NCBI GenBank assembly: GCA_963667255.1
Contig: OY762940.1
Location: forward strand, 928,001-992,000
Direction: 5' to 3'
DNA length: 64,000 nt
From: Candidatus Cloacimonadota bacterium
Lineage (GTDB): Bacteria > Cloacimonadota > Cloacimonadia > G963667145
The first letter of the stretch is position 1. Every line of letters begins with the position of its first letter. Under the pieces are notes generated by a model, which did no database searches, was not told where the DNA came from, and was given only the letters and a program-made list of their open reading frames with translations. Below, in pieces: positions 30,039 to 38,324 of this stretch. Made by a program: the position numbers and the translations under genes.

Positions 30039-31766
30039 ATGTCTAGCAAATCGAGTTTAGAATTTTACGACTCCATCGGCGATATTTCGCCTGTGAGAGC
30101 CGTGGTCGAGACCCTCTTGCATTCCAAAAGGGTAAGGAAGGTAACCGCTGCCGAAGCGTATGAGTTGGCACGGAAACAGTCCTGCGTAGATGAAACAGAT
30201 TTGGAAATTTACGAGGGAACAGCCAAACGGTTGGGACTTCCGAAGGGTGCCAAAGTGTTGGTGGACAATCACGGGAAAATCATCGGTAGAACAGCTAAAG
30301 CAAGAAGATTTTACGGGTATAGTTCCGCAGCTGACAAGAAGAAGTTGGACGGAGATTTGAGAGAAGCTGTTTATCAGATGCAAAAACAGCCGTTGATAAA
30401 AGCTGATGCCATTATTGGGCTTGATAGCGATTTGATGATAAAAGCGACTTACATTACCACCGAGTCTGATGCAAACAATGTTTTTAATTGGCTCTGCAAT
30501 TTTACACCGTTTGAGTCGATGGCAAAGGAGTATGCTGCCAGCAAAGAGTTGCCGATTCAGGACATTATAATTTTGGCTTTTAACGATTGGTCAAATAACG
30601 ACCCTTTTTATGAAAAGACAGGTGCTCCTCAATTGGCTTTGGTTGACCAAGGGCATAATGTAATCGTTAACTTAGGGATGCGTTATTTCGGAGAACGCAA
30701 AAAGGGGACTTTGACTTTGGCTTGGACTAGTGGTATGCGTTTGGGAATGGCTGCCAGTCATGGCGGGATTAAGGAGATTGATTTTTCCGATTGTGGTGGA
30801 GAGTATAGCAAATTGGGCAAAAGAGCGATAGCTTTCTATGGTTTGTCTGGAACAGGGAAATCCTCGCACACCAACTCTGCCGACAACGGTGGAACGATGC
30901 CTAAAGGTTTCAAAAAAGTTGTGTTGCATGACGACGCTTTCCAAATCGATGTTGAGAATAAAGTTTGTCGTGTTTGGGAGCCGAGTTTGTTCGACAAAAC
31001 TGATGCCAGAGATTTGGACAATCCAGAATGGAAATATCTTACCGCTGTGATGAACCACGCCTTGATTACTTACAAGGGGAAAGTTGTTCCTCTTGGTTTG
31101 GACGCTCGTCAAGAAAACGGAAGAGCTTTGTTTGACCGCGATTTGCTTGGTAAATGGGTAGATAGATGTGAATTTCCGAACTCTCTTGTTTGGTTGATGA
31201 AAGATACGATATTGCCTCCGATAATCAAAATTACGGACAAATATCTCTGTGTTGCCATGGGTGCTGCCCTGATGACCGAGAGAAACGCTGCGGAGAATGT
31301 GAAAGCAGAAGATTTGGGCAAATTGGTGTTTGTGCCTTATGCCAATCCATTCAGAGTTTACGAGCTTTACAAAGATGTGGAAGCTTTTAAGAGAGTGATA
31401 GAAAACGGTGCGGAGTGCTTTGTTTTCAATTCAGCAGGATTTTGGAAGAGCTCCGCTGATGATTTGGAAGACATTAAACTGCAAACTTCTTTGTCTTTGC
31501 AGACAGCTGTTCTTACCGATAGTTTGGAATGGGAAAAGTGGAGCGTGCTCCCTGGAGCGATGATACCTACCAAGGCTTCTATAGAGAAGATTTTGCCCGG
31601 GTATTACGAAAAATACAATCCAGATACTCGCAGTAATATGAAAGAGTATCATACAGTTATCAGAAGCAGATTCCGTCAAAGAATCGATTTCTTGGAAAAT
31701 TCGGATGTAGCTGACAAGCCGGAACTTTTGGATAGACTCATTGCTTCACTTAAGGTTAATTGTTAG
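30039..31766 (+). CDS. pckA: Phosphoenolpyruvate carboxykinase (ATP), divergent type
   Basis: YFGERKKG, GLSGTGKS, LHDD, ENGR, ANPF. Confidence 0.85.
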   Translation: MSSKSSLEFYDSIGDISPVRAVVETLLHSKRVRKVTAAEAYELARKQSCVDETDLEIYEGTAKRLGLPKGAKVLVDNHGKIIGRTAKARRFYGYSSAADKKKLDGDLREAVYQMQKQPLIKADAIIGLDSDLMIKATYITTESDANNVFNWLCNFTPFESMAKEYAASKELPIQDIIILAFNDWSNNDPFYEKTGAPQLALVDQGHNVIVNLGMRYFGERKKGTLTLAWTSGMRLGMAASHGGIKEIDFSDCGGEYSKLGKRAIAFYGLSGTGKSSHTNSADNGGTMPKGFKKVVLHDDAFQIDVENKVCRVWEPSLFDKTDARDLDNPEWKYLTAVMNHALITYKGKVVPLGLDARQENGRALFDRDLLGKWVDRCEFPNSLVWLMKDTILPPIIKITDKYLCVAMGAALMTERNAAENVKAEDLGKLVFVPYANPFRVYELYKDVEAFKRVIENGAECFVFNSAGFWKSSADDLEDIKLQTSLSLQTAVLTDSLEWEKWSVLPGAMIPTKASIEKILPGYYEKYNPDTRSNMKEYHTVIRSRFRQRIDFLENSDVADKPELLDRLIASLKVNC

Positions 31767-31784
31767 TTAGTAGCGATTTATTGT

Positions 31785-31812
31785 AAGGCGACTTTCTTAG
31801 GTCGCCTTTTTT
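31785..31812 (+). terminator. Intrinsic terminator after pckA
   Basis: AAGGCGACTT...AGGTCGCCTT plus T run. Confidence 0.8.
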
Positions 31813-31869
31813 GTAGTGTATTTCTGTGCGATGGGGGGTTTAGTATCTTATAGATTTTGAAAAAGGTTT

Positions 31870-32243
31870 CTATTCTCTACTAAATTTTTTCTCCATTTCC
31901 TTATGACACTCTTTCAAAAATAGTTTTATTTTATTCATCTTTTTAGTATCATAATAGTCAATCATTAATTTGTCGTATTCTGTTTTCTTCTCTATGGGAA
32001 CGTTTATCGGAAGAATATTGTTACTCATCAAATAAGCGTTCATCATACAGAAGTAGTTCTCTTATTTCCATCAAAGAAAAACTGTTTATCACACAAATTG
32101 ACATACAATAAAATTCCGGTCTCTAATGGGTCTTTTTTGTTTTTAACTGCATTGACAATTTTATCAAACTCACCATCCAACATATCAGCAGGAATACATT
32201 TCCAGCTTTTTGTTCCATTTATATGGATATTCCCATTTTTTAG
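31870..32243 (-). pseudogene. Fic-domain gene remnant (5'-truncated, 1-nt frameshift)
   Basis: Manual translation: KNGNIHING...LCDKQFFFDGNKRT, shift, FCMMNAYLMSNNILPI...SRE*. Confidence 0.75.
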
Positions 32244-32268
32244 TATAACCTACCTATTTTAAGTCAAA

Positions 32269-32300
32269 TAAAAAAGGCAAATCGATTTGATTTGCCTTTT
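32269..32300 (-). terminator. Intrinsic terminator after the Mo-subunit gene (possibly bidirectional)
   Basis: AAAAGGCAAATC-gattt-GATTTGCCTTTT. Confidence 0.75.
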
Positions 32301-32316
32301 GTTATAAACAGTTGAA

Positions 32317-34494
32317 CTATTTCTTTATTGCATTTCTGATATTTTCAGGAATGATTGGAATTTCTGGTAAGAAGATTCCTGTTGCATTGTGGAGAGCGTC
32401 TCTCACGGCAGCAGCGGGGAAGTCCATCGGCAACTCACCCAACCCTTTTGGTTTGGCGGTATCGTTGTCCGTGAAGTAGATATTGAGCTCGGGAGCATCT
32501 GCACAGGTGTAAGCGATGTAGTCAGTGATGGACTTGCCTCTCATGCCCACTCTCTCGATGTATTCCGTAGAGCCCCAGCCGATAGCTTGCAACACTCCGC
32601 CTTGGATTTGTCCTTCGCAGATTTCTTCGTTCACTCTTTTGCCGACATCTATCCCGTTCCAAGATTTTTTGACATCAATTTGGTAAGTATCGGGGTCGTA
32701 TTCAATTTCCACTATAGCACAACCCCAAGAAAAATCGCCATAGCCCATTCCTTGGTAGGTGGCGACATCGAACTGGATTGATGGGTCAAGATCAAAAGTT
32801 TTGTAAAAATCTTTCGGGAATTGGTCTTGATTCTCGGCTACGAATTGCTCGATAGATTTTCCGCCAAACTCATTGGCAACCAAGTCCTTAGCCATTTTAG
32901 TTAGGAGGTTGCCCACGATATAGATAGTCCGTGAGGCAACGGTCGGACCGCTGTTGGGAGCTTTTTGAGTATTGGGAGTTTGGTAAATCGTCTTTTCCAA
33001 AGGATGCCCGATGCTCTCGCTAAAGCACTGAGTCAGCGTGGTAGAGCAGCCTTGTCCCATATCGGTTGAGGACACATAGATTTTCACGACAGCATCTTTA
33101 TCAATGTTGACTCGGACTTTGGAGTTCATAGTTTTTTCGCCTGTTCCGGTAAATCCACCGCCGTGCATACCCGTGGAAATTCCCATACCTTTCTTGATTT
33201 TGCTGGTCTTGTTGAACTCCGCAAACTCTTTTACTTTTCTTTCATAATCGGACTTTTGGAGAGCAACTTTCATCGTCTCATAAACGCTGTCGATTTGGTT
33301 GACTTGATTTGTAGGGAAAATGTCTCCCTTTCGCAAAATGTTTTTCATCTTGAAATCCAAGTGACTCATACCAAGCAAGTTGGCGATTTCTTGGATATGT
33401 GCTTCTATGGCAAATTCCGATTGTGGAGCACCAAACCCGCGGAAAGCACCGTTAGGAGCGGTATTGCTCTTGAAATAGCGAGCAAATATTTTCACATCCG
33501 TGCAATTGTATGTGCCACCCGCATGCAGAGCACCTCTTGCCATTACCACGGGCGAGTGAGTGGCAAAAGCCCCTGCATCTATTCTGAAATCAACTTCGAG
33601 CTTTTCGATTTGCCCAGTTTTGGGGTCGGTGTAAGATGTAATCTCAGTTCGGCTTGGATGCCTTTTGGTCGTTACTTGGATGTCGGTTTCTCTATCCAAA
33701 ACCAATTTCACCTTGCCACCGCCATTTTTGTAAGAAAGCAAACTGGCGATGCCTGCCAAAATATTTGGGTAATCCTCTTTACCTCCGAAGGCTCCGCCAA
33801 GGGCATCTGCTTCTTCGACTTCCACCTTGTTTACCGTGTCTCCAAAAAATATTTCGATAGCCTCGTGAATGTAGTATGGACATTGGCAGGCAGCTTTTAC
33901 AAACATGCGTTTTTCAGTTGGGAAAAACTCGGCGACAACTCCTTGCGGCTCCAAATAGAGTTGCTCTTGATGAGGTGTGTAGTAAACGCTGTGATGTTTC
34001 AGCCAAGACGGGTCAATCTCTTTGTGCTTGTGATTATCGATAACTATCTGAGATTTGATAGGATTGCCAATGTCGGCAGGGTCAAACGGGAAAGCGTTCT
34101 TTTCGTCATCCAAGCATTTCTTAAATTCCGTGATAGCAGGAAGTTCCGTATAATCAATCTCAATTTTATTCATGAACTGCTCCAAGATGTCTTTGTCCCG
34201 ATGAGCTACACCCATGATTGGTTGACCGTAATATTCCACCTCTGTTTCCGCAAAAAGAGGTTGGGTCATTATGGGATTTTCCACGATGTTTTTCCCGGGA
34301 ATGTCTTTGGCATTAACGATAACAAACTCGTCCAAATTGAACTCTTTGGGGAAATTGATTTTGTTGATTTTGGCGTGATCTTTGGTGGAATATACGAACT
34401 TGGCATTGAGCATATTCGGACAGTTTATATCATCAACGAACTTTACCGTTCCTTCCAACTTTCGCATTGCATCAACTTTTTTGATACTTTTCAT
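32317..34494 (-). CDS. Xanthine dehydrogenase family molybdopterin-binding subunit
   Basis: GGAFGGK, AFRGFG, DMGQG, TVASR, GQIQGG, KGLGE. Confidence 0.9.
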   Translation of the reverse strand: MKSIKKVDAMRKLEGTVKFVDDINCPNMLNAKFVYSTKDHAKINKINFPKEFNLDEFVIVNAKDIPGKNIVENPIMTQPLFAETEVEYYGQPIMGVAHRDKDILEQFMNKIEIDYTELPAITEFKKCLDDEKNAFPFDPADIGNPIKSQIVIDNHKHKEIDPSWLKHHSVYYTPHQEQLYLEPQGVVAEFFPTEKRMFVKAACQCPYYIHEAIEIFFGDTVNKVEVEEADALGGAFGGKEDYPNILAGIASLLSYKNGGGKVKLVLDRETDIQVTTKRHPSRTEITSYTDPKTGQIEKLEVDFRIDAGAFATHSPVVMARGALHAGGTYNCTDVKIFARYFKSNTAPNGAFRGFGAPQSEFAIEAHIQEIANLLGMSHLDFKMKNILRKGDIFPTNQVNQIDSVYETMKVALQKSDYERKVKEFAEFNKTSKIKKGMGISTGMHGGGFTGTGEKTMNSKVRVNIDKDAVVKIYVSSTDMGQGCSTTLTQCFSESIGHPLEKTIYQTPNTQKAPNSGPTVASRTIYIVGNLLTKMAKDLVANEFGGKSIEQFVAENQDQFPKDFYKTFDLDPSIQFDVATYQGMGYGDFSWGCAIVEIEYDPDTYQIDVKKSWNGIDVGKRVNEEICEGQIQGGVLQAIGWGSTEYIERVGMRGKSITDYIAYTCADAPELNIYFTDNDTAKPKGLGELPMDFPAAAVRDALHNATGIFLPEIPIIPENIRNAIKK

Positions 34495-34587
34495 ATTTAA
34501 ACTCCAAAAATTTTATTCAAAATCGTTGATTTGCTCTATGAAGAATTTTGTCAAATTTTTTAAAAAGATATTGACACAAAATCTAAT

Positions 34588-34602
34588 TGAGAATGATTCG
34601 CA
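34588..34602. promoter_or_regulatory. Fur box (7-1-7) in the fur-feo promoter
   Basis: TGAGAAT-G-ATTCGCA, one mismatch from a perfect dyad, just downstream of TTGACA (34571-34576). Confidence 0.7.
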
Positions 34603-34623
34603 TTTGTAATTGACGAGGTGTTC

Positions 34624-35298
34624 ATGAAAGAGAAAAAAATTGTTTTGCAAGAGCTAAAAGGAAAAGGGTTCAAAATCACCAAAGAGAGAGAGTTGATAGT
34701 TGGCTATGTTTTTTCCAATCACGACCATTTCTCCGTGGATGATATTTACACCTATTTTCTGGAGCAGGGAGTTGATGTCTCTCGTGCTACTATTTACAGA
34801 ACTTTGCCGATATTGGAAGAGTGCAATTTGATAAAGAAGACTGTGGGCAACGGAGAAAAGGAGTTTTACGAGCATATTTTCGGACACAAGAAACATTTTC
34901 ACATGGTGTGTCAGAAGTGTGGTAAGATTGCCGAATATCCTATCGACATGATTAGACCTGCTTTGTTGGAAATTTGTGAGAAGTCCGGTTTTGAGTTGTC
35001 GAGTTGCGAATTGAGTTTATTTGGAGAGTGTGATGAGTGTAAAAATTTTACTCAAAGGAGAGTAAATATGAAACTTAAAGATTTGAAAGTTGGGGACAAG
35101 GCGAAAATTTTGTCGTATGATACGGACGATAGGAGTTATCGCAAGAAACTTTTGGCTATGGGTTTGGTCAAAAATAAGATTTTTGAGGTGCTGAGAGTGG
35201 CTCCTATGGGCGACCCTGTGGAGATTTTGATTAACAATTTTAATCTGACTTTGCGGAAAAAAGAGGCTGATGCTCTGAATGTGGAGGTTGTATTATGA
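34624..35298 (+). CDS. Fur-family regulator fused in frame to FeoA
   Basis: SRATIYRTL, HFHMVCQKC and CDEC, then MKLKDLKVG...LLAMG...APMGDPVE...LRKKEA. Confidence 0.88.
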   Translation: MKEKKIVLQELKGKGFKITKERELIVGYVFSNHDHFSVDDIYTYFLEQGVDVSRATIYRTLPILEECNLIKKTVGNGEKEFYEHIFGHKKHFHMVCQKCGKIAEYPIDMIRPALLEICEKSGFELSSCELSLFGECDECKNFTQRRVNMKLKDLKVGDKAKILSYDTDDRSYRKKLLAMGLVKNKIFEVLRVAPMGDPVEILINNFNLTLRKKEADALNVEVVL

Positions 35299-37577
35299 GC
35301 AAAAAATTTACGATAGCGGTAACTGGTAATCCCAATTGTGGCAAGACGACTTTGTTTAACGCTTTGACCGGAAGTAAGCAGTATGTGGGGAACTGGCCAG
35401 GTGTGACGGTGGAGCAAAAAAGCGGTAAGATGAAATACGGGGGTTATGAGATAGAAGTGGTGGATACTCCCGGGATTTACTCCATGACCAGTTTTTCCAT
35501 AGATGAGAAGGTGACCAGAGATTACATTTTATCGGGAAATGCTGATGTAGTGGTCAACATTATAGATGCTACGAATGTGGAGCGGAGTCTGTATTTGCTC
35601 ACTCAACTCTTGGAGATGCGAGTTCCTGTGGTGGTGGCTCTGAATATGATGGATGCTGCCAAGAGAAAGAAGATAAAAATTGAGATTGAACACCTTGCCA
35701 CTCATTTGGATTGTCCGGTTGTGCCGATAGTGGCAGCACAAAATAAGGGTTTGGAAGAGTTTAAACAAACTGTGATTAAGCAGATAGAAGAGAAGAAAAT
35801 CTCTTCTGCTCAGGTTGCTTACGATTCGGTGGTGGAGGACAAAATCAAAGAGTTGCTTCCGTTGGTAGAGCCATTTGCACAAGAGGCTGAGGTTGATGTT
35901 CGTTGGTTGACTATCAAGTTGTTGGAAGACGATGAATTTGCATATGAGGTTATCGGCGATAGCTTGAACGAACAGGTAGAATTGGCGGCTTCACAGGTGG
36001 AAAAGCACACCGGAGAGGATATCGATTTGATGATTTCGGACGGCAAATACGGTTTCATCAACGGAATAGTGGAAGATGTGGTAAATCGCAGTGACCAGAT
36101 TGGGAAATCTGTTACGGAGGCGATTGACAAGGTGGTTCTCAATCGGATTATCGGCATTCCTTTGTTTCTGGTTTTGATGTATTTTGTCTTTTGGATTTCG
36201 GTTAATATTTCCGGTCCGTTCATCGATTTTTTTGATGGTTTCACAGGGACGATTTTTGTCGATGGATTTGGGACATTGCTTGAGAATATGGGGATTCCCG
36301 TTTGGATAAATACGCTACTTTCTGGTGGTATTGGCGGTGGTATTCAGACTGTTTCGACTTTCATCCCGCCGATTTTCTTCACATTTTTATGTTTGTCGAT
36401 TTTGGAAGACTCTGGATATATGGCGAGGGCTGCTTTCGTGATGGATAAACTTATGAAATCTATCGGTTTGCCCGGAAAATCTTTTGTGCCGATGTTGGTT
36501 GGGTTTGGTTGCACAGTCCCCGCTATTATGGCTACGCGGACATTGGAGAGTCGCAAGGACCGCTTTTTGACGATAATGATGTCGCCATTTATGTCTTGCG
36601 GGGCACGACTTCCTGTTTATGTGCTTTTTGGTGCAGCTTTCTTCCCAAATAATGCAGGCAAGATGGTTTTTTCTCTTTACATAATTGGAATTTTGTTGGC
36701 AATTTTCACCGGATTTTTGATGAAAAAAACTCTTGTGAAAGGTGATGTTTCTACATTTGTGATGGAGCTCCCGAGCTATCATGTGCCTACTGTGAGAGGG
36801 ATTTTGTATCACACATGGCAAAGGCTGAAGGTGTTTATCAAGCGAGCAGGTAAGGCGATTATGGTGATAGTTGTTATCTTGAGTTTCCTCAATTCCATAG
36901 GAACTGACGGCACTTTCGGCAACGAAGACAGCGATATTTCGGTGTTGTCCAAGATTGGCAAGAGCATTACGCCTGTGTTCACACCGATGGGTCTCCAAGA
37001 AGAAAATTGGCCTGCAACCGTTGGTTTGTTTACAGGTATTTTTGCCAAAGAGGCTGTTGTCGGCACACTCAATTCTCTTTACGATAGAGGAGACGAAGCG
37101 GAGGAAGGTGAAGAGGGATTCGATTTTTGGGGCGGAATAGAAGAGTCGTTTATAGCTTTGGGCGAAGGTTTTGCCAATGTATTCTCGACATTTACCGACC
37201 CGCTGGGATTTGCCGATGTGGGCGAAGACCAAGAGGGAGTTACCGAGATGTTGGAACTCCACGAGAACACTTTCGGAGATATGATTTCCCGATTTGGCAG
37301 TAATTCTGCGGCTTATGCGTATCTTTTATTCATCTTGATTTATGTGCCTTGTGTGGCAGCTGTGGGAGCGATTTTTAGAGAGACGAACTTGAGTTGGACG
37401 GTGCTGATTAGTGTTTATTTGACAGTGCTTGCTTGGTGTGTGGCGACGGTATTTTACCAATTGGCAAATTTTTTCGCTCATCCTGGGTCGTCGTCGCTAA
37501 CAATTCTTTTGACAGTTGTAGGGTTTAGTTTAGGTTTGTTTTTGTTGAGCAAATATCACAAGCCTGTTGAAGATTAA
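35295..37577 (+). CDS. feoB: Ferrous iron transporter B
   Basis: GNPNCGKTT, NWPGVTVE, DTPG, NMMD, EDSGYMAR, GFGCTVP. Confidence 0.97.
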   Translation: MSKKFTIAVTGNPNCGKTTLFNALTGSKQYVGNWPGVTVEQKSGKMKYGGYEIEVVDTPGIYSMTSFSIDEKVTRDYILSGNADVVVNIIDATNVERSLYLLTQLLEMRVPVVVALNMMDAAKRKKIKIEIEHLATHLDCPVVPIVAAQNKGLEEFKQTVIKQIEEKKISSAQVAYDSVVEDKIKELLPLVEPFAQEAEVDVRWLTIKLLEDDEFAYEVIGDSLNEQVELAASQVEKHTGEDIDLMISDGKYGFINGIVEDVVNRSDQIGKSVTEAIDKVVLNRIIGIPLFLVLMYFVFWISVNISGPFIDFFDGFTGTIFVDGFGTLLENMGIPVWINTLLSGGIGGGIQTVSTFIPPIFFTFLCLSILEDSGYMARAAFVMDKLMKSIGLPGKSFVPMLVGFGCTVPAIMATRTLESRKDRFLTIMMSPFMSCGARLPVYVLFGAAFFPNNAGKMVFSLYIIGILLAIFTGFLMKKTLVKGDVSTFVMELPSYHVPTVRGILYHTWQRLKVFIKRAGKAIMVIVVILSFLNSIGTDGTFGNEDSDISVLSKIGKSITPVFTPMGLQEENWPATVGLFTGIFAKEAVVGTLNSLYDRGDEAEEGEEGFDFWGGIEESFIALGEGFANVFSTFTDPLGFADVGEDQEGVTEMLELHENTFGDMISRFGSNSAAYAYLLFILIYVPCVAAVGAIFRETNLSWTVLISVYLTVLAWCVATVFYQLANFFAHPGSSSLTILLTVVGFSLGLFLLSKYHKPVED

Positions 37578-37593
37578 AAGTTTTGGAGGAAAT

Positions 37594-37917
37594 ATGAGAT
37601 TTTTTCACGGTAGAAGAGACGGCTCGGGTATGGGTAGAGGTCGTGGATATTTTGGAGAGGGCGACAGACAAGAGAGATTGCGTAGATGTGAAGGTCGCAT
37701 GATGGAGGGGAGTTTTCCTCTTGCGGAATTGCCAGAGGGAGAAAGAGCCAAAATTGTAATCAATCCCGATGAGCAGACAGTGGGAATGGGGCTGTTTAGC
37801 GGACAAATTATCAGAATGAGCAAGAACGATGCGAACGAAGATAATTTGGTGGTGTGCGTAGGAGAGACCCGATTGATAGTGCCCAAGAAAACTGGCATGG
37901 AAATAGTTGTCAGATAA
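37594..37917 (+). CDS. FeoA-domain protein with Gly/Arg-rich N-terminus
   Basis: GGAGG RBS; GMGRGRG followed by PLAELPEGERAKI...MGLFSG SH3-like domain. Confidence 0.75.
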   Translation: MRFFHGRRDGSGMGRGRGYFGEGDRQERLRRCEGRMMEGSFPLAELPEGERAKIVINPDEQTVGMGLFSGQIIRMSKNDANEDNLVVCVGETRLIVPKKTGMEIVVR

Positions 37918-37936
37918 TATTTTATGTGATTTAATG

Positions 37937-37974
37937 ATGTAGCAATCTGACTTGACAGGTTGCTACATTTTTTT
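37937..37974 (+). terminator. Terminator-like hairpin between the second feoA and feoC
   Basis: ATGTAGCAATCTG-acttga-CAGGTTGCTACAT plus T run. Confidence 0.65.
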
Positions 37975-37985
37975 ATGAGGAAATT

Positions 37986-38216
37986 ATGTTACGAGAGTTG
38001 ATGACGATTTTGAGTGAGCGAGGACTGACATCTTTGCTGGATTTGAGCCTGTCTCTCAAAAAAGACCCGCAGACAATCAGCATGGCTCTGCAACAGCTTG
38101 AACGCAAGGGACGAGTGGAGAAAGTCGAGATTTTGCCCGATTGTAAAGGTGGTTGCAAAGGTTGTCTCGGCTGTCAGAAAGAGCGGACGATTTTTTATAA
38201 GTTGGGAACAAAATAG
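37986..38216 (+). CDS. feoC: FeoC-like winged-helix Fe-S protein
   Basis: wHTH with LERKGRV and CKGGCKGCLGC. Confidence 0.8.
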   Translation: MLRELMTILSERGLTSLLDLSLSLKKDPQTISMALQQLERKGRVEKVEILPDCKGGCKGCLGCQKERTIFYKLGTK

Positions 38217-38324
38217 ATTACTAAGAATTTTTGCACAGTAAATCCCATGTTTCACAAATTTTTATAGACAGAAATCAACCTTTCCCGTTCTTTGCCGAAA
38301 AATATTTGAGCTTTTGGGGAAGTC

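Noticed and set aside
33163..34500. 445-aa plus-strand ORF
   Set aside because: Antisense shadow of the Mo-subunit gene, with no recognisable motifs.
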